This document shows, piece after piece, positions 48,716 through 57,469 of a stretch of 64,000 bases of DNA. The translations under genes were made by a program, and so were the position numbers. How positions within the stretch are numbered: the first letter of the stretch is position 1; every line of letters starts with the position of its first letter. The stretch is from Thermoanaerobaculia bacterium. Lineage in GTDB: Bacteria; Acidobacteriota; Thermoanaerobaculia; UBA5066. Where the stretch lies: the NCBI GenBank assembly GCA_963719225.1, contig CAVRAY010000002.1, positions 704,001-768,000 of the forward strand, given 5' to 3'. The notes beneath the pieces were generated by a model. It was given only the letters and a program-made list of their open reading frames with translations. It was not told where the DNA came from and made no database searches.

Positions 48716-49996
48716 ATGTCGACCGTCGTCCGCCCCGCGTCGCTCCTGAACCGAACCCTCGCCGAGGCCGATCCCGAGATCGCGCGCATCGTCGCCGCCG
48801 AGACGGCGCGCCAGAACGAGGGGATCGAGCTCATCGCCTCGGAGAACTTCACGTCGCGCGCCGTCATGGAGGCCGTCGGCTCCGTCCTCACGAACAAGTA
48901 CGCCGAGGGCTATCCGGGAAAGCGCTACTACGGCGGCTGCGTCCACATCGACGAGGCCGAGTCCCTCGCGATCGCGCGCGCGAAGGCGCTGTTCTCGCCG
49001 TCGAACCCCGACGCGGTCCACGCGAACGTCCAGCCGCACGCGGGCTCGCAGGCGAACACGGCCGTCTACCTCGCGTGCCTCAAGCCGGGCGACACGATGA
49101 TGGGGATGTCGCTCGCGCACGGCGGACACCTCACGCACGGCCACCCGCTCTCGATCTCCGGCAAGCTCTACCGCGTCGTCTCGTACGGCGTCGCGAAGGA
49201 CAGCGAAACGATCGACTGGGACGCCCTCGAGGCGACGGCGAAGGCCGAGAAGCCGAAGCTCATCATCGCGGGAGCCTCCGCGTACCCGCGCACGCTCGAC
49301 TTCCCGCGCTTCCGTGCGATTGCCGACTCCGTCGGCGCGCTCCTCATGGTCGACATGGCGCACATCGCGGGCCTCGTCGCGACGGGGCTGCACCCGACGC
49401 CCGTCGGGCACGCGCAGTTCGTGACGACGACGACGCACAAGACGCTCCGCGGACCGCGCGCGGGCCTGATCCTCTGCGTCCCCGAGTGGGCGAAGGAGGT
49501 CGACAAGGCCGTCTTCCCGGGAATCCAGGGCGGCCCCCTCGAGCACGTGATCGCGGGCAAGGCCGTCGCGCTCAAGGAGGCCGCGACGCCGGAGTTCGCC
49601 GCCTACCAGCGGCAGGTCGTCGCGAACGCGAAGGTCCTCGCCCAGACCGTCGCGTCGTTCGGCTTCCGGCTCGTCTCGGGCGGGACGGACAACCACCTCT
49701 TCCTCGTGGACGTCGGGAAGAAGAACCTCACGGGCAAGGTCGCCGAGAAGGCGCTCGATGTCGCCGGGATCACGGTGAACAAGAACGCGATCCCCTTCGA
49801 CCCGAATCCGCCGATGGTGACGTCGGGCCTGCGCATCGGCACGCCCGCCGTCACGACGCGCGGTATGGGGGAAACCGAGATGCGGACGATCGGCGGGCTC
49901 ATCGCCGAGGTGCTCGCCGCGCCCGAGGACGAGGGCGTGAAGGCGCGCGTGAAGGCGAAGGTCCGCGAGCTGACGGCGGCGTTCCCGCTCTACTGA
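48716..49996 (+). CDS. glyA: Serine hydroxymethyltransferase
   Basis: [56 protein letters not shown]. Confidence 0.97.
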   Translation: MSTVVRPASLLNRTLAEADPEIARIVAAETARQNEGIELIASENFTSRAVMEAVGSVLTNKYAEGYPGKRYYGGCVHIDEAESLAIARAKALFSPSNPDAVHANVQPHAGSQANTAVYLACLKPGDTMMGMSLAHGGHLTHGHPLSISGKLYRVVSYGVAKDSETIDWDALEATAKAEKPKLIIAGASAYPRTLDFPRFRAIADSVGALLMVDMAHIAGLVATGLHPTPVGHAQFVTTTTHKTLRGPRAGLILCVPEWAKEVDKAVFPGIQGGPLEHVIAGKAVALKEAATPEFAAYQRQVVANAKVLAQTVASFGFRLVSGGTDNHLFLVDVGKKNLTGKVAEKALDVAGITVNKNAIPFDPNPPMVTSGLRIGTPAVTTRGMGETEMRTIGGLIAEVLAAPEDEGVKARVKAKVRELTAAFPLY

Positions 49997-50817
49997 GCTG
50001 CCCCGGGGGAACCCGAGGCCGGGTTCCCCCGGACCCCCTCCGCGCCTCGGAGCCGGGCCCGCGTCGTGAGGCGGATTCTCAGGACGTCCCAGTAGGCCTG
50101 CGCGCCGCCGAAGAGCGTCACGCGGGAGTCGGCCGAGTTGAACCAGAGGACGGGCACTTCGGCGATCGCGAGCCCGAGCTGCCGGGCGAGGAGAAGCGCC
50201 TCGACGTCGTACGCGAAGCGGTCCACCTTCGCCCGCGAGAAGATCTCGCGCGCGGCCTCGCGCGTGAAGAGCTTGAAGCCGCACTGCGTGTCGCTGATGC
50301 CGGGCACGGCGACGAGACGGACGAGGCGGTTGAAGAGCTTTCCCATCGCCTGGCGAAAGAGGGGCTGCTTTTCCTTGACGAGCGCCTCGTCGAGGGCGCG
50401 CGAGCCGATCGCGACGGGCGCGTGCGCGGCCGCGAGCTTCTCCCACTCGTAGACCGGCGTCGAGAAGTCCGCGTCCGACACGAGGACGAGCGCGCCCGCC
50501 GCCTCGAGGCATCCGGCGCGCACGGCGGCGCCCTTGCCGCGGTTCGCGGGGAGGCGCAGGACGCGCAGCGCGAGGCCGTGCCGCCGCGCCGCTTCCTCGG
50601 CGCGGGCGCCCGTCGCGTCGGCCGAGCCGTCGTCCACGACGAGGACCTCGATCCGCGGCGCGGGGGGGCGCGCGGCGAGGTAGGCCGCGATCGCGCCGAG
50701 GGACGCCGGGAGACGCGACTCCTCGTTGTACGCGGGGATGACGATCGTGAGCTCGACCGCGTCGCCGGACCGTCCGGCGGCGGGTTGCGTCAGGGTCTCG
50801 AGAGCGCGGTCCGTCAC
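49990..50817 (-). CDS. Glycosyltransferase family 2 (dolichyl-phosphate beta-glucosyltransferase-like)
   Basis: [47 protein letters not shown]. Confidence 0.9.
   Translation of the reverse strand: MTDRALETLTQPAAGRSGDAVELTIVIPAYNEESRLPASLGAIAAYLAARPPAPRIEVLVVDDGSADATGARAEEAARRHGLALRVLRLPANRGKGAAVRAGCLEAAGALVLVSDADFSTPVYEWEKLAAAHAPVAIGSRALDEALVKEKQPLFRQAMGKLFNRLVRLVAVPGISDTQCGFKLFTREAAREIFSRAKVDRFAYDVEALLLARQLGLAIAEVPVLWFNSADSRVTLFGGAQAYWDVLRIRLTTRARLRGAEGVRGNPASGSPGAAQ
50003..50032. terminator. Hairpin at convergent glyA / GT2 junction
   Basis: 12-bp stem CCGGGGGAACCC / GGGTTCCCCCGG immediately after glyA stop; no U-tract; lies within the GT2 3' end. Confidence 0.5.
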
Positions 50818-51515
50818 GCGGGAGACGCCTCGAAGACGAACTGGTAGCCGAAGAGCGTCGGCCAGGCCGAGGCGAGGAGGCGCGCGCCGGCCCGGACGGG
50901 AACCGCGAACGGCGCGCGGGAAAGAGCGGGCACGGCGAGCTCGACCGGCATCGCCGTGGCCGCCTCGAACCCGATCCGGAACCCCGCGCCGGCGAGGAGC
51001 GCGCGCGCCGAGGCGCGCGTATAGAAGCGCAGGTGCGTGCGGTCGAGGATGCCTCGGTCCGCGTACGGGAACCGCCCGGCGACGAGCGCGGCGCGCACGG
51101 TGACGTTCGCGACGTTCGGGAGCGAGACGAGGAGCGTCCCGTCGGATTTCAGAAGTGGCTTGAGCGCCGAGAGGAGATCTCCCGGGCGGGGAAGATGCTC
51201 GAGGACGTCGCCCGCGACGATGACGTCGAACGGCTCCTTCCAGGGCCCGGAGATTCCTTCGAAGGCGTCGCCCGTCACGGCGTCGTCGAAGAAGCGGGCT
51301 CCTTCCGCGGCCGCGCCCGCATCGAGCTCGACGCCTGCGAGGTATCGGCACGCCGGGCGAATGCGCTCCGCGAAGTGGCCTGCCCCGCACCCGAGGTCGA
51401 GAACGGCGAGGCCTCGTCCCCGCGCCAGCACCCTTTCGAGGAGGATGACGTGCGACGACCCCGGAATTTCTTTCCACGGGTAATTCGCCGGCGCGGGCGG
51501 AGAGGCGTCGCTCAG
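50814..51515 (-). CDS. Class I SAM-dependent methyltransferase (possible CTG start)
   Basis: VLDLGCGAG, FDVIVAGDVLEHL, SLPN, GILDRTHLRFYT; start inferred at CTGA overlap with nadE stop. Confidence 0.85.
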   Translation of the reverse strand: MSDASPPAPANYPWKEIPGSSHVILLERVLARGRGLAVLDLGCGAGHFAERIRPACRYLAGVELDAGAAAEGARFFDDAVTGDAFEGISGPWKEPFDVIVAGDVLEHLPRPGDLLSALKPLLKSDGTLLVSLPNVANVTVRAALVAGRFPYADRGILDRTHLRFYTRASARALLAGAGFRIGFEAATAMPVELAVPALSRAPFAVPVRAGARLLASAWPTLFGYQFVFEASPA

Positions 51516-53206
51516 AGGGGCGACCTCTGCGCGATCGGCACACGGCGGCCCGTTCCGAATGCCTTCGCGGACACCTTGAGACCCGGAGCCGCCTGCCGCC
51601 TTTTGTACTCGGAGACGTCCAGCTGGCGCGCGATGCGCTCCACGAGCGCGCGCGGGGCGCCGCTCGCGCGCGCGGCCGCCGCGAGGGACAGGTTGCGTTC
51701 GACGAGGCCCTCGAGAATCGCGTCGAGGACGGGATATGGAGGGAGCGAATCCTCGTCCTTCTGCCCCGGCCGGAGCTCGGCGCTCGGCGCCTTCGTGAGT
51801 GAGGCCTCCGGAATCACCGAGCGGCCGGCCCGCGCGTTCAGGTGCCGTGCGAGGGCGTAGACGCGCATCTTCGGGAGGTCCGAGATAGGCGCGAGGCCGC
51901 CGCACATGTCGCCGTAGAGCGTGCAGTAGCCCACGGCGAGCTCGCTCTTGTTTCCCGTCGTGAGCACGAGCGCGCCGAACGCGTTCGAGAAGCCCATGAG
52001 GAGGAGCCCGCGCAGGCGCGACTGCAGGTTCTCCTCGGCGACGCCCTCGGGGCGCGACCCGAAGACGGGCGCGAGGGCGGCCCGCGCGTCTCCGAAGAGC
52101 GTCCCGATCGGCAGGATCTCGAAACGGATGCCGAGGTTCGCGGCAAGAGCCCGCGCGTCCTCGACGGACCCCGGGGACGAGTACGGGGACGGCATCAAGA
52201 GTCCCGTGACGCTCTCCTTCCCGAGCGCCTCGACCGCGAGCGCGGCGGCGAGCGCCGAGTCGATCCCGCCGGAAAGGCCGAGGACGGCGGTCGAAAACCC
52301 GCACTTCTCCGCGTAGTCGCGGATGCCGAGAACGAGAGCGCGGCGCAGGGACTCGAGCGGCTCGCCCTCCGCGGCGTCGCCGCTCTCCACGGGAATGCCG
52401 CCCGAAACCGGCGCGACGCGCGCACGGCCGTCCGCGCCGCGCACGACGTCCGCGACGAGCAGGTCCTCGGCGAAGAGAGCCGCGCGCGCCCCGACGCGGC
52501 CACGGTCGTCGAGCACCATCGAGCCGCCGTCGAAGACGAGCTCGTCGTTGCCGCCGACGAGGTTCAGGAACGCGACCGGCACGCGTCCGTCGCGAGCGTA
52601 GCGCGCGAGCATCCGGCGCCTCAGGTGCGGCTTTCCTTCGGAGAACGGTGAGGCGGAGATCGAAAGGATCATCGTCGCCCCCCGGCGGACCAGGGCCTCG
52701 CCCGGGTCGTCGTGATAGAGGCGCCGGGCGCGCCAGAAGTCCTTGTCGTTCCAGAGGTCCTCGCAGACGGGCAGGCCGATGCGCTCGCCGCGAAACGGGA
52801 CGAGGCCGCAGCTCTCGCCGGGTTCGAACCACCGGCCCTCGTCGAAGACGTCGTACGTCGGGAGCAGCGTCTTCTTCGCGAGGACGCGGACGCGGCGGCG
52901 GTGAAGGAACGCCGCGACGTTGTAGAACGGCTTGCCCGTCCGGCGCCGGTTCGGGACGAACGTGCCGACGAGGAGCGCCGTCTCGCCCGTCCGCTTTGTG
53001 AGCGCAGCCAGCGCCCGTGCCGCCTCGCGCTGGAACGACGGGCGTTCGAGGAGGTCGCGGGGCGGATAGCCGCAGAGCGCGAGCTCCGGGACGGCCGCGA
53101 GGTCGGCGCCCGCCGCCTCGGCGCGGGACAGGACGCCCTCGATCTTCCGGACGTTGCCGGCGAAGTCCCCGATGGTCGTGTCGATCTGGCCGAGCGCGAG
53201 CCGCAC
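51512..53206 (-). CDS. nadE: Glutamine-dependent NAD+ synthetase
   Basis: Nitrilase domain (PEL..GYPP.DL, K.LLP.YDVFDE, CED.W) plus LGLSGGIDS, ENLQSR, TTGNKSE..GY.TLYGD, PSAEL.P.Q.D. Confidence 0.95.
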   Translation of the reverse strand: MRLALGQIDTTIGDFAGNVRKIEGVLSRAEAAGADLAAVPELALCGYPPRDLLERPSFQREAARALAALTKRTGETALLVGTFVPNRRRTGKPFYNVAAFLHRRRVRVLAKKTLLPTYDVFDEGRWFEPGESCGLVPFRGERIGLPVCEDLWNDKDFWRARRLYHDDPGEALVRRGATMILSISASPFSEGKPHLRRRMLARYARDGRVPVAFLNLVGGNDELVFDGGSMVLDDRGRVGARAALFAEDLLVADVVRGADGRARVAPVSGGIPVESGDAAEGEPLESLRRALVLGIRDYAEKCGFSTAVLGLSGGIDSALAAALAVEALGKESVTGLLMPSPYSSPGSVEDARALAANLGIRFEILPIGTLFGDARAALAPVFGSRPEGVAEENLQSRLRGLLLMGFSNAFGALVLTTGNKSELAVGYCTLYGDMCGGLAPISDLPKMRVYALARHLNARAGRSVIPEASLTKAPSAELRPGQKDEDSLPPYPVLDAILEGLVERNLSLAAAARASGAPRALVERIARQLDVSEYKRRQAAPGLKVSAKAFGTGRRVPIAQRSPL

Positions 53207-53214
53207 CCGCCCTC

Positions 53215-53913
53215 CTACCGCTGTCCGACCGGCTCGGGCGCCTCGACGCCCTCCATCGTCGTGCCCGAAAGGAGATCCGCGAGCGTGCGCCCGTGGCGGT
53301 CGAATGCGGCAACGAGGAGGGGGACGCCCGCGAGCGCCCCCGTGAGGACGAAGCCGAGGAAGCGGAGGAACGCCGCCGCGAGAGTGGGGGAGCCTCCGTC
53401 CGCCGCCCGGATCCTGAGGTCCGCGAGGGCCATGCCGGGGGTCGTGCCCCACACGAACGGCGCGAGGACGAGCAGGACGAGCGCGGCGAGGAAGAGAAAC
53501 GCGGCGAGCGGCGCGAACGCGGGCGGCGGGAAGCGCAGGTCGAGGAGGAGGGCGCCGGCCGCGAGCTCGACGGCGCCCACGAGCGCGAGGATGAGGAGGT
53601 CCGCGAGTCCGGCGGCGACGCGGCGCGCGAACGCGACGGCCCGCGGGCCCTCGTCGCCGGCGTCGGGCTCGAGCTCGTCCGCGCGCGGCGGGACGAGCAG
53701 CTCCTCGGCCGGGCGCACGGACGAGCGCGGGCGCTCGCGGGCCGGCTCCGGGCCGGAGGGGCCGGGCGCGGCCTCGTCCCCGCCCGGGCGAAGCGGGGTC
53801 TCGCCGGCGCCGCCGAAGAGGTCCAGCGTCCGGCTGGGCGGGCGCCTCCGCGCGGGCTCCGGCTCGGGAGCGAGGGGATGCTCGGCGAGGGGGTCGCGCG
53901 GCGGCTCGGCCAT
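53215..53913 (-). CDS. RDD family membrane protein with Pro-rich N-terminus
   Basis: RRVAAGLAD, GTTPGM, DRHGRTLAD..SGT. Confidence 0.8.
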   Translation of the reverse strand: MAEPPRDPLAEHPLAPEPEPARRRPPSRTLDLFGGAGETPLRPGGDEAAPGPSGPEPARERPRSSVRPAEELLVPPRADELEPDAGDEGPRAVAFARRVAAGLADLLILALVGAVELAAGALLLDLRFPPPAFAPLAAFLFLAALVLLVLAPFVWGTTPGMALADLRIRAADGGSPTLAAAFLRFLGFVLTGALAGVPLLVAAFDRHGRTLADLLSGTTMEGVEAPEPVGQR

Positions 53914-53928
53914 CGGCGGGATCGGGCC

Positions 53929-55935
53929 TCAGGGCCGGACGGCCAGGTGTTTGATGAAGATCCTCGACAGGAGGTCGGTCGCGCCGCGCGGGTACTTGCG
54001 CACGAAGCGCAGGAGGCGCTGGGCCTCCGCGTCGCCCGGCCGAAGTTCGGTCGCCTCCTTGAGCGAGGACTGGGCCTTCGCCATGTTGCCGGCTTGCAGG
54101 GCCTGGATCGAGCTGTTCACGTAGGCGTTCGCGAGGTATTCCTCGACGTCCTGGTTCTTCGCGTCCACCTTGCGCGCCTCCCAGAGGAGCTTGATCGCGC
54201 TCTCGTAGTCGCCCTCGTTGTAAGACTTGACGGCGCTCGAGAGGGCGGCGACCTGGTCGAGCGACTTCTTGAGCGCGGCTGCGGCCTCCACGTCCTGCGG
54301 ACGCGCCTTGACGACGGGGTCCAGGTTCTTGACGGCGTCGATATACCGGCTCGACGCGATCGCGGCGAATCCCGCGACGCGCATCTCGTCGAGGGCGGCC
54401 TCGCTCGGCGCAGCGGGCGCCGGCGTCGGCGCCGCCGAGGACTTCATCTTCTCGATCCTCACGAGCGCCTCGTTGTGGCGCGGGTCCGCGTCGGGGATCT
54501 TCACGAGCACGGCGATCGCTTCGTCGATCTTGCCGGCCTCGAAGAGGGCCTGCGCCTTCTGGAACGAGTCGTCGGCCGGACGCGGCGCGCCCGACCTCGT
54601 GGACGCCGCGGGACCAGGGTGGGGGGCGGCCGCCGGGCGGCTGCCGCGGAGGAACCAGTATGTCCCCCCCGCGACGGCGGCGAGAAGGATGAGACCTCCG
54701 GCGAGGAGGACCCTGAGGTCGACCCGGCCGCGACCCTTCGCGGGCAGAGTCGCTCTCTCGGGAATCGCGCTCTCTCCCGAGGCGCCTTCGTCGAGGGACG
54801 GGATCTCGTCCGCAAAGGACGGCGAGTGCGGCGCCTCGATTTCGTTCCGCATGAAGTCGGAGTCCGGCGTCGACGCGGTCGCCGGCGAACCGGTCGTGGC
54901 GGGCGTCGAGAGCGCGGCGTCGATCTGGTTCAGGTAGCCGCGCGCCGTCGCGTCGTTCTCGGAGAGCGCGAGGACGTCGAGGAACTTGTTGCGCGCGCCC
55001 GCGAGGTCGCCCGCCTCGTAGGATTGCACGCCCTCGGAGAGGAGCATGTCGATCTTGCGCGCCGTCTCCGCCTGCGACTCGCGCGCCGAGTCGATGCGCC
55101 GTGAGGCCTCCTCGTTCGAGAGGTCGATGAGGAAGACGCGGCTCCAGAGGTCGATCGCCTCCTGCGCGTTCCCGCGCGCGAAGGCCTCGTCGCCCTGCTT
55201 GAGGAACTGGATGATGCGGGCGTCCGTCTGAACGCCGGACAGAGGGCGGGACGCGGGCGCGGGCTCAGGGGCCGCGGCCGCTTCCGAAATCCCGAGTTCC
55301 TCCTGGGGAGCGGCCGCGGGCATGGGCGGCGGCAGACCGGGCTGGAGCGCCGCGGCGGGATCGAGCGGAGCCCCGACCATCGAGGGGGCGCCTCCCGCGA
55401 GGCTCAGGTCGTCGAGACCCGCGAACGGGTCGCCGCCCGGAGCCAGTGCGAACGAGGGCGGCGGAGGGGGCGCGGGCGACGGGAGGGGCGCCTGCGGAAC
55501 GGGCGTCGCCCCGCGTTCGGCGGCGGCAGGCTCGTCGCCGAACACGAGATCGTCGAGGCCGGCGGCGTGCGCGGCCGGCGGCGGGGACGCCGGGAAAGCG
55601 TCGCCGAGCTCGGGCGCGGCCGCGGGCGCGGCCGGGCGAGCAGGAGGAGACGGCCCGGCGGCCGGGGCGGGAGACTCCTCGACGGCGTTCTCGAAACCGA
55701 GGAACTGCGAGAAGCGGTTCACGTCCACCGACGCGCCGGACGCGGCGGTCCGGAGCGAGTCGAGAAGCGCCCGGGCCGGGGCGAAGCGGCCGTCCATCTT
55801 CAGGATGAAGTCACACCCGAGGAGAGCCTCGTCTACCTTTCCGGCCTGGGCGAGCGAGAGCGTGTGACGGAAGGTCTGGAGGACCTTCGACCGAGCCTCC
55901 GCCGAGAGCGCCGGGCTGCCCGCGTACGAAACCAT
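53929..55935 (-). CDS. Bitopic TPR-repeat protein with Pro-rich linker
   Basis: GGAGG RBS; TPR-like helices on both sides of a TM segment (VLLAGGLILLAAVAGGTYWFL). Confidence 0.75.
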   Translation of the reverse strand: MVSYAGSPALSAEARSKVLQTFRHTLSLAQAGKVDEALLGCDFILKMDGRFAPARALLDSLRTAASGASVDVNRFSQFLGFENAVEESPAPAAGPSPPARPAAPAAAPELGDAFPASPPPAAHAAGLDDLVFGDEPAAAERGATPVPQAPLPSPAPPPPPSFALAPGGDPFAGLDDLSLAGGAPSMVGAPLDPAAALQPGLPPPMPAAAPQEELGISEAAAAPEPAPASRPLSGVQTDARIIQFLKQGDEAFARGNAQEAIDLWSRVFLIDLSNEEASRRIDSARESQAETARKIDMLLSEGVQSYEAGDLAGARNKFLDVLALSENDATARGYLNQIDAALSTPATTGSPATASTPDSDFMRNEIEAPHSPSFADEIPSLDEGASGESAIPERATLPAKGRGRVDLRVLLAGGLILLAAVAGGTYWFLRGSRPAAAPHPGPAASTRSGAPRPADDSFQKAQALFEAGKIDEAIAVLVKIPDADPRHNEALVRIEKMKSSAAPTPAPAAPSEAALDEMRVAGFAAIASSRYIDAVKNLDPVVKARPQDVEAAAALKKSLDQVAALSSAVKSYNEGDYESAIKLLWEARKVDAKNQDVEEYLANAYVNSSIQALQAGNMAKAQSSLKEATELRPGDAEAQRLLRFVRKYPRGATDLLSRIFIKHLAVRP

Positions 55936-56004
55936 TCCTCCGAATGCTAGCAAGAATCCGCCCGCGGACGCGTCGGATACGATCGTGCCTCCGCGGGAGG
56001 CGAC

Positions 56005-56913
56005 ATGGCACGGCTCATCGAGTGCATTCCGAACGTCAGCGAGGGGCGCCGCGACGAGGTCGTCGCCGCGATCGCGGCGGCCGCCGTGAAGGCGGGTCCG
56101 GGCGTCGTGCTGCTCGATCGGACGTCGGACCCCGACCACAACCGCTCGGTCCTCACGTTCCTCGGAGACGGCGAGCCGCTCGTCGCCGCGATGACGGCGC
56201 TCGTCGGGGCGGCGCTCGAGGCGATCGACCTCAGGACGCACACGGGAGCGCACCCGCGGCTCGGCGCTGTCGACGTGATCCCGTTCGTCCCCGTGCGCGG
56301 GTCGACGGCCGCCGAATGCGTGGAGCTCGCGAAGACGCTCGGGCGGACGCTCGCCGAGCGCTTCGCGCTGCCCGTCTTCCTTTACGAGGACGCGGCGTCC
56401 TCGCCCGAGCGGCAGAACCTCGCGAACATCCGCAAGGGTGAGTTCGAGGGCCTCGGCGGGAAGATGGCGGACGCCGCGTGGCAGCCCGATTTCGGGCCGT
56501 CCGTCCCGCATCCTTCGGGCGGCGCGGTCGTCGTCGGAGCCCGCGCTCCCTTGATCGCCTACAACATCAACCTCGGAACCACCGACCTCGCGATCGCGGA
56601 CCGGATCGCGAAGGCGATCCGCCATCTCTCCGGCGGCTACCGCTTCGTGAAGGCGATGGGCGTGAAGCTCGAGGCGCGCGGGCAGGTCCAGGTGTCGATC
56701 AACATGACGAACTACGAGAAGACACCGCTCCACCGGGTCTTCGAGACCGTGAGGAGCGAGGCCGAGCGCCACGGGGTGCCGGTCGTGGGCTCCGAGATCG
56801 TGGGCCTCGTCCCGCAGGCCGCGCTCCTCGCCGCCGCGGGCCATTACCTCAGGCTCGAGGCGGACCCGGGCCCGCAGGTCCTCGAGAACAAGCTCCTGGA
56901 GCGGCTCGCGTGA
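56005..56913 (+). CDS. ftcD: Glutamate formimidoyltransferase
   Basis: ECIPNVSEGR, D.DHNRSV.T, H.GAHPRLGAVDVIPFVP, GARAPLIAYNINL, QVSIN, SEIVGL.P. Confidence 0.93.
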   Translation: MARLIECIPNVSEGRRDEVVAAIAAAAVKAGPGVVLLDRTSDPDHNRSVLTFLGDGEPLVAAMTALVGAALEAIDLRTHTGAHPRLGAVDVIPFVPVRGSTAAECVELAKTLGRTLAERFALPVFLYEDAASSPERQNLANIRKGEFEGLGGKMADAAWQPDFGPSVPHPSGGAVVVGARAPLIAYNINLGTTDLAIADRIAKAIRHLSGGYRFVKAMGVKLEARGQVQVSINMTNYEKTPLHRVFETVRSEAERHGVPVVGSEIVGLVPQAALLAAAGHYLRLEADPGPQVLENKLLERLA

Positions 56914-56971
56914 GGGGCCGGCGGACCGGGAGCGGCACCCGAATTGCTGCCTTGAGGAAGGAGGGCTGAAT

Positions 56972-57424
56972 ATGCTCACTCGATCCCTCAAACCCGCGCT
57001 TCTCGCCGCATTCCTGGGCGCCGCCTGTCCGGCGCTCGCACAGGTTCACGTCGATCTGCCGGGTGTCGAGATCCGGGTCGGCCACACCGCCCCCCCGCGG
57101 CTGCGCCACGAGCGGCGGCCGCCCCGCCCCGGTCGCGACTTCTTGTGGCTCAGGGGCGCGTGGGACTGGCAGGGGGCGGGGTGGGTCTGGGTCCCCGGCC
57201 GCTGGGAGCGTCCGGCCTATCGCCACGCGAGGTGGATTGGGCCGCACTACCGGCGCAACGGAGCCGCCTGGATCTTCGAGCCCGGCCACTGGTCCGGCCA
57301 GCGTCTCGTCGAGGGCGACGAGTATCGCCGCTGGCGGTCGGAGCACGGCGATCGCGGCCGCAGGCACGACGACCGTGATCGCGACCGCCACGACGACCGC
57401 GACCGCGATCGCGACCGCCACTGA
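56972..57424 (+). CDS. Secreted YXWGXW-repeat protein with Asp/Arg-rich tail
   Basis: Signal peptide; WLRGAW, WVPGRW, WIGPHY, FEPGHW; tail HDDRDRDR repeats; AAGGAGG RBS. Confidence 0.8.
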   Translation: MLTRSLKPALLAAFLGAACPALAQVHVDLPGVEIRVGHTAPPRLRHERRPPRPGRDFLWLRGAWDWQGAGWVWVPGRWERPAYRHARWIGPHYRRNGAAWIFEPGHWSGQRLVEGDEYRRWRSEHGDRGRRHDDRDRDRHDDRDRDRDRH

Positions 57425-57469
57425 GGGGAAAGCCCCCGTCGGTCCGAGTCGCGCGGCCGGCGCCGCCCG

